Below are positions 38,001 through 48,907 of a stretch of DNA of 64,000 bases, piece after piece. Both the position numbers and the translations under genes were made by a program. The notes beneath the pieces are model-generated. The model was not told the DNA's origin. It saw nothing but the letters and a program-made list of their open reading frames with translations, and ran no database searches. Source of the stretch: Malacoraja senta. Taxonomy: Eukaryota. Numbering within the stretch: the first letter of the stretch is position 1; the number at the start of each line of letters is the position of its first letter. The DNA lies in the NCBI GenBank assembly GCA_038087875.1, contig JAXLNO010000666.1, forward strand, positions 62,001 through 126,000, read 5' to 3'.

Positions 38001-39719
38001 ACAATCTGTGTGGGTTTCGGACAACGGGTGTCACGTCGGGGTCGATTGTAATCTTGTAGGACACAGGCAACCTGCCTAGGTTGTTGTCGAAAAGACCAGG
38101 GAAGTCACTCAGTGGATCAAAGGAAACTTGCAGTTTGTGGACAGTTTTGTCAAAGGAAATCAGCCCTAGTTCCTGACAGGCACGATTGCCAAGCAGGGTA
38201 ACCGAATTAAAGTTCAGCACATGGAAAGTCAAATCCCTAGTTGTTTTCTTCAGTACACATTTCAAGTCGGCTTTGCCCAGAGGAAATAGCACCTCCCCAC
38301 CAAAAGCATGCAAAGTGGACGCGTCCTGGACAAGTGGCTCGTTAGCCCTGATCCTGTTAAAAAGGTTGATTGACATTGTATTGACTCTGGCCCCCGTGTC
38401 AAGTTTCGCGCCAAAAGCAACATTGTTTACAGATATCGTAACTGTAGGATCAGAGTTCTTGGCAGCAGCATTCTGTAACATGTAAACAGTAGGATCCTCT
38501 TGCGAGTCAAATGAAGTACATTCGGGGGCGGCGTCAAGCTGGAAATGGGGAGTCAATGTGTTACTGTCTCGTTGCAAAAAATTGAGATTAGACCTAGGAC
38601 TGGGCACATTCCTTCCTCGGGCCCTGATAGCAGCCCGACAGGCTGAGGCAAAGTGATTTAGCTTTTTGCAGTAATTACAAGCCTTCCCGAGGGCGGGGCA
38701 GGTGGATTGCCTGGTGTGTATATAGCCGCAGTTAGGACATTTCTGTGAAGGAACGCTGAGAGCTGCCTGGCTATCTTGGATCTTAGATCGGCTGTTATGT
38801 CTGTATGTCCGCTGCCTAGTGAGGCCCGTCAGATTGATGGTATTGCTTTCATGTGGAATGTCTATAGGATCAACAAGTTCAGCCGTTCTACACGCATGCG
38901 CTGCGTCGTTTAGCGACAACTGTGGCAGTCTCAATAGCTCTGATCTGAGCTTTTGATCGGTGATACCATTCACTAAAATATCCCTCGTTAACTGATCAGT
39001 CAACTGATCCACAGGCATTTCCTGAAATCGACAACGTTGTGCTAGATACATTAAAGAGGAAATATATGCATCCGCTCGTTCCCCGGGAAGTTGACGACGA
39101 GAGAAAAACCTTGCCCTGTCCAAAATGTGATTTGAGGGCAGGTCACAGATCTGAGCCAATTTACGCAGCAAAACATTGGGGTCGGCGGGAGACTCCGCCG
39201 GTGTAATTACCTGGCCCTGGGCATCAAAGATAGCCGGAGCATAGCGGAATGTTCTGGATCGACGAAGGGCACCAGGTCCCGCAAGGTTGAGCAGAAGAGA
39301 AGCCTTAACAGCATCTGGTTCATTTCGGTGTACAATGTTGATGTAGTGCTGGTAATCAATTTCAAACGTGGCCCAGCGTTCGCTGATATCGGCATCAAAG
39401 ACAAGAGGCTCAGGCTTCCGACAAGAAGAAGCCATCGTGAAGTAAAGCAATACTCACAAAATAGAAAATAAAAACCGTTATACAAGAGGAGTGGGTATGA
39501 CCACATCTGACGCCATGTAAATCGCTTCAACATATAAGATTTACACACATCTTGATTCAGCACATTAACTTAGCAGCATTACAGATCTAGGTGTTGTCAG
39601 TTCATCCTGGCTGCTTCAACTAACGGTGCTGGGAATGGGCGTTAGTATAATTGTTATAATGGGGCGGAGTTAATGATGCCAACTAAGTGTGATTGATTCA
39701 CATGCATCATCAATCTACA
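35059..39719 (-). mobile_element. Full-length Gypsy LTR retrotransposon B (LTRs 39516-39719 and 35059-35262)
   Basis: Two 204-bp LTRs; TSD tgcag/tacag; PBS tggcgtcagatgtgg; PPT aggggaaagga; gag-pol ORF 36595-39450 and frameshifted integrase. Confidence 0.95.
36595..39435 (-). CDS. Gypsy gag-PR-RT-RNaseH polyprotein (integrase downstream is frameshifted)
   Basis: CNYCKKLNHFASAC zinc knuckle, LDTGA, RMPFG, IVDD, CDAS and ADTLSR; integrase motifs HPG, LVDSYSNW and TDNGPQF in 36078-36659. Confidence 0.85.
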   Translation of the reverse strand: MASSCRKPEPLVFDADISERWATFEIDYQHYINIVHRNEPDAVKASLLLNLAGPGALRRSRTFRYAPAIFDAQGQVITPAESPADPNVLLRKLAQICDLPSNHILDRARFFSRRQLPGERADAYISSLMYLAQRCRFQEMPVDQLTDQLTRDILVNGITDQKLRSELLRLPQLSLNDAAHACRTAELVDPIDIPHESNTINLTGLTRQRTYRHNSRSKIQDSQAALSVPSQKCPNCGYIHTRQSTCPALGKACNYCKKLNHFASACRAAIRARGRNVPSPRSNLNFLQRDSNTLTPHFQLDAAPECTSFDSQEDPTVYMLQNAAAKNSDPTVTISVNNVAFGAKLDTGARVNTMSINLFNRIRANEPLVQDASTLHAFGGEVLFPLGKADLKCVLKKTTRDLTFHVLNFNSVTLLGNRACQELGLISFDKTVHKLQVSFDPLSDFPGLFDNNLGRLPVSYKITIDPDVTPVVRNPHRLSFAMTDRVHSMLKDMVSKGVIEAVSDPTDWVSTMIATVKKGKDEIRLCINPKDLNTAIKRPHHPMKTVEDVAVKIGTATLFSVLDAKNSFWQIPLDKRSSNLTPFATPFGRFKFLRMPFGINSASEVFQRTMEQLFEGLPCAIIVDDILVYGKDVAEHDHNLRLILERAVKINLKLNPDKCKFRVPEVSYVSHIFTPDGLKPDPKKTSAITEMPAPTDVKDLQRFLGMVNYLGKFIPNLSELSSTLRQLTKKDTAWSWFLQHQDAFDVLKSKLTSAPTLTFFNLKRQVVITCDASKFGLGAACLQPSDDGTLLPVAYASRTMTDTEQHYAQIEKELLAVVFACSKFHDFVFGNTFMVETDHQPLVTILNKPIHAAPARLQRMMMQLQRYDFSITYKKGKDMHVADTLSRAPRTSCEQHPHEQEDFTVLGVGLISSKQLRSLAAHTAKDATLQALSSIIKTGWPDKQSN

Positions 39720-40063
39720 TACAGCATCTCTGGAGAAAATGGACAGGTGATGTTTCAGATTGGGACACTTCTTCAGGCTGTCTGAACATATCTGAAGAAG
39801 GGTCCTGACCAGAAACGTCACCTATATATTTTCTCCAGAGATGTTCCCCGACCCGTTGAGTTACCCCAGTGTTTTGTTTCTATCTGTGGAAGTAAATCAT
39901 CCACAACCACAAGGGGCAGCCTGAGAAGGTGACTTTTATATTAATCCAAGAAAAAGCTAGAGCTCTTTTCCATGGAGTGTTGGAGACTGAGAGGTGAACT
40001 TGTAGTGATACATAAAATCATGAAGGGCATAGATAAGCTAAATGATCACAGATTCCCAGTGTA

Positions 40064-41126
40064 AAGTCCACTTGGGCGACCTAATTGGCGAGTTTAGAAG
40101 AGTTTAGGAGAGTTTAAAAAAATGACGTTGAAGACCTCCTTAGACTATGTAGAAGACATCCTTCAACCTCCTTCGACTATGTTCAAGACCAGCTTCGACT
40201 AGCTATGACTAACTTGGGGAAAATTGGACACCGAATAGTGGAGCGTGAAGGGCCTGTCCCACTTGGGCGACCTAATCCGCGAGTTCTGGCGAGTTTGCTC
40301 TCAACTCATACTCGCAGCATGGTCGACACGAGGTCGGAGGAGGTCTTCGTAACTCTCCTTCATGCTCAAGAGTGGTCGCCGCATACTCGAGGCCTCAGCT
40401 GGGTTGCGGCATTAAAAAAAAATATGTTAAAAAAAAATGTTGACTCGTAGGTTTAGTCGTAGAAGGTTGTAGTAGGTCGGCATGTTAGTCGTAGGTAATC
40501 GAGGGGAGTCGAAGGAAGTCGAAAGTAGTCATAGATTATCTTCATCATAGTCGAAGGGAGGTCGAAGGAGATCGAAGGAGGTCGTCTTCATTCTCCACTA
40601 TTCAGTGTCCAATTTTCCCGAAGTTAGTCGTAGCTAGTCGAAGCTAGTCTTCAACATAGTCGAAGGAGGTCAAAGGAGGTCTTCTACATGTCATTATTTC
40701 AAACTCTTCTAAACTCGCCAATTAGATCGCCCAAGTGGGACAGCCCCTTTAAGACGACCTCCTTCGATCTCCTTCAACCTCCCTTCGACTATGATGAAGA
40801 CTACCTTTGACTACCTTTGACTAGCTTTGATTACCATCGACTACCCTCGATTACATATGAATAACATGACGACCTACTACGACTAAACCTACGAGTAAAA
40901 AAATGTTGATTTTTTTCCATGGCGACCTTTTTTTACTCGCGGGCATTTTTTTACATATTGAAAAAAATGCCACGACCTAGCTGAGGCCTCGAGTATGGGG
41001 AGACCACTCTCAAGGATAGAGTTACGAAGACTTCCTATGACCTCGTGTCGACCATGCAGCGAGTATGAGTCGAGGGCAAATTTGCCAGAACTCATGGATT
41101 AGGCCCCCCATTGGGACAGGCCCTTA
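40064..41126. mobile_element. Interleaved MITE cluster of the same TIR family as 33449-34109, inside a CR1 3' fragment
   Basis: Ends at 40066 (gtccacttgggcgac), 40248 (aagggcctgtcccacttgggcgac), ~40730-40750 (gcccaagtgggacagcccctt) and ~41113-41126 (tgggacaggccctt). Confidence 0.7.
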
Positions 41127-41532
41127 AGGGTGACAAAAACTCGAGGGCATATATTTAAGATGAGAGGGAAGGATTTAAAGGAGACTTGAGGAATAACTTA
41201 TTTTGCTCAGATAGTTGTTAGTATGTGGGATGAGCTTCGAAAGTGGAATAGACTTATACAATAGGATTGTTTAAAATGCATTTAGATGAGTAAATAGATA
41301 ATTAAGGCTTAGGGGGATATAGGCCAATTGCAGGTAAATGGGATGAGACCAGATAAGCAATTTGGTTGGCATGGATGCGTCGGGCTTAATGGCCAGTTTC
41401 CATGCAGTACAACACCATGACTCTGCCTCTCATTCCCAAGTATTAGAGTAATCCAATATGTTTCTATCTGCATGCTGGTTTATCCAACAAGCATGTTAAT
41501 GTAGACAAGGGTCAAGAGTGTTTTATTGTTAT

Positions 41533-42294
41533 AGCTGGGTCCCAGCTTCACACAGGAGGGCTGGTCCCCCAACACAATATTCCACCTCTCCACCAATTCG
41601 AAGTGTTGGGGGGGGGGGGGTGGAGCTTTCTGGAGTGCTGTTGTGTGCCGAAGCGACTGGTTTCCAGAGGGCTGGTTTTCATTTTAAAACCAACCACATT
41701 TTTGTTTAAAACCAACCACATTTTCTTTTCAAAACCAACCACATTTTCATTTTCAAATCAACCACATTTTCTTTTCAAACCAACCACATTTTCTTTTCAA
41801 ACCAATCACATTTTCTTTTCAAACCAACCACATTTTCTTTTCAAACCAACCACATTTTCGTTTCAAACCAACCACATTTTCATTTAAAAACTTCATTTTC
41901 AAACCACATTAAGGGCACTCACAGGTCAGTAAAATCACACTCACAGTTTTGAAGACATGTGTTCAGTTGATTCACAGCTCAGACTGAGAGTCGTGACCTC
42001 TCGCTCCCCCCATCTTGAAGCGACTGAGGCACGTCCACACTTCCGGGTTTTATAGTCCCTCCCCTCCCACCAGAAGGGGCGTGGCCTTCATGGCATGAAT
42101 GACAGGAGAGAGAATGTCACCATTTTATAAACATTAATAAGTCTTTTACTTTTCATCGATGGGAAAAATTCTCTTGCCCTGCCAGCTGGAGGGGGACTCT
42201 GAGTAAGATGGCCAAAAATCACAGCTGTAAGTGGTAGCATTTTTATTAAATCAATATGCAGTGCAAACAGGAAGTGGACTTTTAATTATATAGA
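41533..42294 (-). mobile_element. Non-autonomous Helitron-like element with internal 22-bp minisatellite
   Basis: Minus strand starts TCTATAT; inserted between A and T of a LINE tail without a TSD; canonical 3' CTAG not seen. Confidence 0.55.
41685..41910. repeat. Minisatellite (aaaccaaccacattttcttttc)x~9-10
   Basis: Direct reading of the sequence. Confidence 0.9.
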
Positions 42295-42350
42295 TGTCCC
42301 AGATGGAACAATGAAATTCTTACTCGCAGCAGCACAACAATATGCAAATA

Positions 42351-43556
42351 TGCAAATACAGGGCAAATAGATCAACAGAGGATGCCATCTCTCTGGCTCT
42401 TCACACTGTCCTGACTCACCTGGACAGACAGGGCACGTATGTGAGGATGCTCTTCATTGACTATAGCTCTGCATTCAATACGGTCATCCCCACCAAGCTC
42501 ACCACCAAACTCCACCAGCTAGGCCTCAGCTCGCCGATATGCGATTGGATCCTGAACTTTCTGACGGAGCGACCGCAGGCAGTGAGACTGGGCCCCGCAC
42601 CTGTCCTCCACTATCACCCTGAGCACCGGCACACCACAGGGCTGTGTACTAAGCCCCATGCTCTACTCTCTCTTCACTCACGACTGTGTCCCTGCATTCG
42701 ACACCAACACCATCGTGAAGTTTGCAGACGACACAACAGTGATTGGGCTGATCACCAACGGTGATGAACCAAAATACAGAGCGGAGGTGCAGAACCTGGC
42801 GGACTGGTGCGCTCATAACAACTTGTCACTAAACACCTCCAAGACCAAGGAGCTGATTATTGACTTCAGGAGGTCCCATAATGGAGAATACGCCCCAATC
42901 TCCATTTACGGGGAAAGTGTGGAGAGAGTGTCCAGCTTTAAGTTTCTGGGCACTCACATTTCAGAGGACCTCACATGGTCCACCAACACCGCTGCGCTGG
43001 TCAAGAAGGCACAGCAACGACTGTTCTTCCTGAGGACATTAAAAAAGACTGGTCTGCCCCAACAGCTGCTGACAACGTTCTACCGCTGCACCACAGAGAG
43101 CATATTAACGTATGGCATCTCTGTGTGGTATCTCAGCTGCACGGAGGCGGAGAGGAGAGCTCTTCAGCGCATCGTCCACAGAGCGCAGAGGATCATTGGG
43201 ACAGAGCTACCAGCCTTGGAGGGCATCTACTACACACGGTGCCTCAGGAAGGCCGTCAGCATCCACAAGGACTCATCACACCCTTGTAACGGACTGCTTG
43301 AACTACTTCCCTCCGGCAGACGTTACAAGGCTTCTACGCCCGAACCTCCAGACTCAGAAACAGCTTTATTCCAAGAGCTATAGCGGCTCTGAACCGGCCC
43401 TGCTGAGTGCCCCGCCACCCACGCCCCCTGGACAGTCTCCCTCGGATGGTCACGTCACTCAGCTTGCTTGCTTATTTATTTATTTTACTTTTTCTTGTAC
43501 ATCGGTGGAGCTGCATACTAAATCTCGTTGCACTGACGTGCAATGACAATAAAAGA

Positions 43557-43603
<47 letters not shown>

Positions 43604-43605
43604 TA
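42351..43605 (+). mobile_element. 5'-truncated Rex1/Babar LINE with (TAT)n tail
   Basis: ORFs 42342-42764 and 42658-43383 ([15 protein letters not shown]); AATAAA then (TAT)n at 43557-43605. Confidence 0.9.
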
Positions 43606-43612
43606 TATAGTA

Positions 43613-43814
43613 CAGATGCTCCCCGATTTACGATGCTTTGACTTATGATATTTCGACTTTCCGGCGGTGCAAACGCTGGGCAACGGCAGCGAGCATCCGC
43701 TCACTTCCGGTCATGTGATCAATTGTATTAAATGCGTTTTCGACTTACGATATTTTCGATTTACGATGGGTTTATCGGAACATAACCCTATCGTAGGTCG
43801 AGAGCAGCCGGGTG
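43613..43814. mobile_element. Tigger/pogo-like MITE
   Basis: TA flanks; imperfect TIRs cagatgctccccgatttacgat / atcgtaggtcgagagcagccg. Confidence 0.6.
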
Positions 43815-43933
43815 TACACTGTAAAAAATATAACGAGAGAGAAAAAGTTCAGTGAGAGTATTTATACACATACACACATATTCACACATATATATATATA
43901 TAAACACACAAATAATATAAACTCACACATATA

Positions 43934-44465
43934 TCTATATTACTAAAAGTCAGATCTTGACCGCTTTTGGCTCGCTGTGGCATGATTTCCGAGAGAACAC
44001 CGCCATCTACGGCCGTCATTTCTGGCCACCTCGCTCAGAGCCCCCCTCCGCCTTCCTGGACAGAGGATTTTTCCCATCGATGAAAAATCAGAGAGATATT
44101 AATGTTTTTAAATAATTGCCAATCTCTCTGCTGCCCCTGCTGGAGGGAGGGGGAGGGACTATAAAACCAGGAAGTGGTGTGCCTCACTCAGTCTCTGCAA
44201 GATGGAGGAAGCCAGTCACGTTCTCTCTGAGCTCTGAATAGCACTGAACACATGTCTACTCAACTGTGAGTGCCCTTAATGTGGTTCTAAAATGCTTGCA
44301 AAACGTGTCTATTGGTTCTAAAATGCTTGCAAAAAGTGTCTATTGGTTCTAAATGGTTTGCAAAAAGTGTATATTGGTTCTAATGGTTGCAAAAGTGTAT
44401 ATTTGTTCTAAATGGTTGCAAAAAGTCTCTATTGGTTTCTAAATGGTTGCAGAAAGTGTCTCCAT
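43934..44465 (+). mobile_element. Helitron-like element 5' part, related to 41533-42294, with ~30-bp tandem repeats at 44280-44462
   Basis: Starts TCTATAT after A; shares blocks cccatcgatgaaaa, gggactataaaacc and gtgagtgcccttaatgtgg with the inverted copy. Confidence 0.55.
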
Positions 44466-44667
44466 TGCAGGGCTCGAAATTAGCAGTTGCCCGGGTGCCA
44501 CTGACCACTCAAAGCGCTGCCGGGCAACCTAAACACCGAGTCATTTTGCCCGGCTTGGCAACCAGATACTGGTTTGTACCGAAGATAGACACAAAAAAAC
44601 TGGAGTAACTCCGCGGGTCAGGCAGCATCTCTAGAGAAGAGGAACGTGACGTTTCCGTGTCGGCGGC

Positions 44668-45027
44668 TGTTGTGCGGGGCAAAGATACTAGGTGCGGGGT
44701 GAGGAAGGGTCGGAGCGAATGACGGTCCTGCACAACGGAAACAGCGGCCGTGACAGCGGCTCCATCTCCTCCCTCCTCCCGCCCCCCACCCACCCTGATA
44801 AGGGCCTCTGCTTGCAAACCCGCTAACGCCGCTTTCAAACAAACTCTCCCGCAATCCGAGGCCGGGAGGAGGGAGGGAGGGGGAGGCCTCGGAGTGCGGG
44901 AGAGTTTGTTTGAAAGCGCAGGGGGGCGGGAGGAGGAGATGGAGCCGCTGTCGCGGCCGCTGTGCGGGACCCGTCATTCGCTCCGACCCTTCCTCACCCC
45001 GCACCTAATATCTTTGCCCGCACAACA
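44668..45027. repeat. GC-rich foldback (imperfect palindrome, ~360 bp)
   Basis: Arms tgttgtgcggggcaaagata...ccgaggc and gcctcgg...tatctttgcccgcacaaca. Confidence 0.85.
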
Positions 45028-45290
45028 CCCGTTAATCCCTACTCTTTGTTTCCTGTCTGCCAACCACTTCTCTATCCATGTCAGCACTCTACCCCCAATA
45101 CCATGAACCCTAGTTTTGACCCACTAATCTCCTATGTGGGACCTATCAAATGAGGCCGTTTCCATGCTATGTCTCATAACTAACTAAACTAAACTAAATG
45201 GGTTTAAATACATTCATATGTTTACGTGTATACTTTGGTCAGTAAACATACAGTGCTGAATATAATTGAAAGTTTTATTCTGTTTTCCAG

Positions 45291-45444
45291 GTTTGGGAGG
45301 AAGATTGTTTTGTTGGGAACTATGGGGTACAGATTTTATTTAATCTTCTTATCACATTGTCACCCAGCTGGGAAATCTTCTGCCTGATTAATTTCTTCAG
45401 AGGCATCGGTGAGATTTCAAACTATGTGACTGCGTTTGTGCTTG
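45291..45444 (+). CDS. slc22a5: SLC22A4/5-like coding exon 3 (154 nt; one G missing at 45324-45327)
   Basis: ccag acceptor; FGRKIVLLGTMG then, after a frameshift, VQILFNLLITLSPSWEIFCLINFFRGIGEISNYVTAFVL(G); gtaag donor. Confidence 0.88.
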
Positions 45445-45549
45445 GTAAGTTTCATTCATGGAAGTTACATTCATGCTATTTCTTAGCTCTTTTTCTACAT
45501 TTATTATTCAGTTGTGATTGCGATCAGATCTCAGAGTAAATGCACGCGA

Positions 45550-45668
45550 TCACAGGTAGAACATACAAACTCCGTACAGACAGCACCCTTAGTCGGGATT
45601 AAACCCGTGTCTCCGACGCTGCAAGCACTATAAGGCAGCAACTCTACCGCTGCGCACTGTGCCGCCCT
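45550..45668 (-). mobile_element. V-SINE 5' fragment
   Basis: Reverse complement of the SINE head. Confidence 0.7.
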
Positions 45669-45831
45669 GTTATGTATGGCAATATCTTACTGATCGGTAT
45701 GGAGAAAATGAATTCCACTGCAATTTGGTACACATGATTTTAAAAAATGTATCATTAAACCATTATCAAAGAGGCTAGATGTTGTCAGAGACATTCAAAT
45801 GCCCTGACACATGATTAAAAATTAAACTTTG

Positions 45832-48692
45832 TGTAAAGAGGCGTCATAACACACTGTGTCTTTACTACTGTTAATTCATGATACACATACTTTACTGCCC
45901 TAGCTGTTCGTGGTCTGTCACCGGAACCAGAGAGCGAGCACTGTGTGGGAAGGTTGTAATTATACTAGTGATGTGGGCAGTGGTTAGTAGTGGTGAGGTC
46001 ACTATGTTAAAGGTACATGCACATGTCCATCTACATCCTTCCGCTTGGAAATAAAAAGCAATACAGTCAGTGACAGGGCGACCACGTCTCATACGCTACG
46101 AGCAGGTGAGCAAACAGTTAAGCAAAATCACCATAACGGGCAGGCGGCCTGACCACCCGCCCCGGACCGGGTACGCAGCTCGCCATCTCCCCCCCTCTGC
46201 AGGAGGAACTTGAGTAGGAGCAGGCGCGGGTGAGAGAACCGGGGGAACCGAGAGGTGGAAAGAGAAACGGAGACGGAGCAGGGGAAGCAGGAGCAGTAGC
46301 GGGAAGACGGGCAGGCGAGGGAGGACTGGCTGGTGGAGAGCGGGGCTGATATAGCTGAGAAGGCAGGGACCGAGGCATACGTGGAGGGGCAGGCAACGTG
46401 GCAGACAGTGGGGGGGGGGGGGAAAGGGGTCTGCAGGCGGCGGTGGGGGCTCGTTAACAAGCCGTAGATGTTGGCGGGACCGCCGGTAAATAGTACGCGG
46501 CGAACCAACAGTACCGACGACGATGGCAAGCCTGCGGTGACCGGAGAGGGACTGCATCCGGACGACTTGGCCAGGGAACAGAGGCGGGAGGGGATGGCAG
46601 GACTTGTCGTGGGAGCGCTTTTGATTTCTTGCTTGAGGGCAATGCGCTCCTGGACAGCAGCGGGCTGGAGAACAGAGGGAACGAGGGACCGCTGGGTCAC
46701 CGGGATCGGAGGTCTCGTAGTGCGAGACATCAGCCGTTGTGCTGGGGAGCGCAAGGCAGTGTCACGGCAAATGTTTCGAAGGTTGAGGAGGGCCAGGTAA
46801 AAGTCAGAATGGGACAGTCTACAATGTTCCAGCAAGTCCTTAGCACTGCGGACAGCGCGCTCTGCCAAGCCGTTGCTTTGTGGGTACTCTGGGCTGCTGG
46901 TATAGTGTCGCAAGTTCCATCTGGCAGCGAAACTCCGAAATTCGGCACTCGAGAACTGGCTGCCGTTGTCCGATTGAAGACTTTGCCGGGGTGCCAAAGG
47001 TTCCGAAGTGGCGGCGCAGCCTCCCGATACGGCCCGAAGAGGTGAGGGAGTGCAGCTGGTCAACCTCGAACCAGCTGGAGTACGAGTCCACAAAAAACAG
47101 GAAGTGCTTGCCACGCCACTCAAAAATGTCAACGCGACGGTCATCCAGGGCAGCTCGGGGGCAGGCTGCTGCACCAGAGCAAGCGGAGACCCTCTCCCGG
47201 ATATCTTGGGCCATGCTGGGCCAGTAGAACAAACTCTGGGCCTGAGACAGGGTGGCCTCGGCCCCAGGATGACCGCGATGGGCGGTCTGAAAGTATTGGT
47301 CCCGCAGGGCAGCAGGCACGACGACCTTGTGTCCCTTCACGACCACGCCATCGTGCAGCACGAGCTCGTCACGGACCAGGAAGTAGGGCACGACGGTCTG
47401 GCCACCCCTGCCTGATGACGTCTGCAAGCTGCTGCAGGGCAGGATCCTTGCAGTGTTGCTGACCAGGGACTGCATCTGCTGGGAAGGCACAATGTTGACG
47501 TTGAGCACCATCAGGTCAGACGATTCATATGGATAGCGATCGGTGGACGTTAGCGGTGCGCGGACAGCGTGTCGGCCACAAACATGTCCTTGCCCCTGCG
47601 ATATACAATTTTGAACGTAAAACGCTGGAGCTGCAGCATCATGCGCTGCAAACGGGACGAGGCAACGTGGATCGGCTTGTTGAGGATTGAGACCAGCGGC
47701 TGATGGTCGGTCTCGATCGTGAAGCTGTTGCCCAGAATATAGTCCTTGAACTTGGAGCAGGCAAACACCACAGCAAGCAGCTCCTTCTCTATCTGAGCAT
47801 AGCGCTGCTCGGCAGGGGTCCATGGTACGGGACGCGTAGGAAACAGGCAGCTGCAGGCCATTGTGGAGCTGCAGGCAAGCAGCACCAAGACCGAACTTGG
47901 AGGCGTCGCTGGTAAGAACAATGGGGCGCTGCAGATCGAAGAATTGGAGAGTGGGGGTACTGGCCAGCCTGGACTTCAGAACGTCAAAAGCTTTCTGGTG
48001 ATGCGGGAGCCAGGCCCAGGCAGTGTCCTTCTTGATCCAACTCCCTCAGGGGCGCGCTCAGCTCGCTGAGGTCGGGGATGAACTTCCCCAGGTAATTAAC
48101 CATGCCCAGGAAACGCTGCAGGCTGGCACGTCGGTTGGCGAAGACATCCTGGAGACCGCAGCCGTCTTCTGCAGGTCAGGCTTCAGCCCCGATGCGGTAA
48201 AGATGTGGCCCACATAGGTGACTTCCGGGACGCGGAAACGGAAACTTTTTAGGGTTTAGTTTGAGGTTGATTTCACGGGCCTGGTCCAGACTTGACGGAG
48301 GTGGAGATCGTGCTCAGCAACGTCCTTACCGTAGACCAGGATGTCATCAACGATGATAGCACACGGCAGACCGGCGAACAGCTGCTCCATCGTCCGCTGG
48401 AAGACCTCGCTGGCAGAGTTGATCCCGAATGGCATGCGGAGGAATCGGAACCAATTGGAGGCGTGGGTTCGAATCCCACTTCTGACACCATGTAAACAGG
48501 CGTCATAACACACTGTGTCTTTACTACTGTTTATTCATGATACACATACTTACTGCCCTAGCTGTTCGTGGTCTGTCACCGGAACTAGAGAGCGAGCACT
48601 GGGTGGGAAGGTTGTAATTATACTAGTGATGTGGGGAGTGGTTAGTAGTGGTGAGGTCACTATGTTAAAGGTACATGCACATGTCATCTACA
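45832..48692 (-). mobile_element. Internally deleted Gypsy element C (LTRs 48491-48692 and 45832-46035) lacking gag, protease and the RT N-terminus
   Basis: Two near-identical LTRs; TSD ctttg at 45827-45831 and 48693-48697; RT/RNaseH/IN remnants with many frameshifts. Confidence 0.92.
48451..48490 (+). pseudogene. 3' 40 nt of mature tRNA-Leu (variable arm, T arm, acceptor strand, CCA) forming an extended PBS
   Basis: ccaattggaggcgtgggttcgaatcccacttctgacacca directly abuts the 5' LTR of Gypsy C. Confidence 0.8.
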
Positions 48693-48907
48693 CTTTGTTC
48701 TCTATTATGTGCTGCTTTTTAATAAATCTCGGTGCTGTTTGATAAGTGGCCACATTAGGGTGATATTCTTCAAGCTTCACATGGCTTGGTTTATGGTTAA
48801 GCTGGTAATTTAATGTTGGCAACTTTTAGTTGAATATAAAAGTTCCAGAGTGACAGTGAATGAAAATGAACTCACGAATCACTGAACCTTGTTATACTCT
48901 CTTGCAG

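Noticed and set aside
41685..41910. CRISPR-like array
   Set aside because: Head-to-tail minisatellite without unique spacers, in a eukaryotic context with no cas genes. The same applies to 44280-44462.
48451..48490. Functional tRNA-Leu gene
   Set aside because: Only the 3' 40 nt are present, with encoded CCA; no D arm or anticodon arm.
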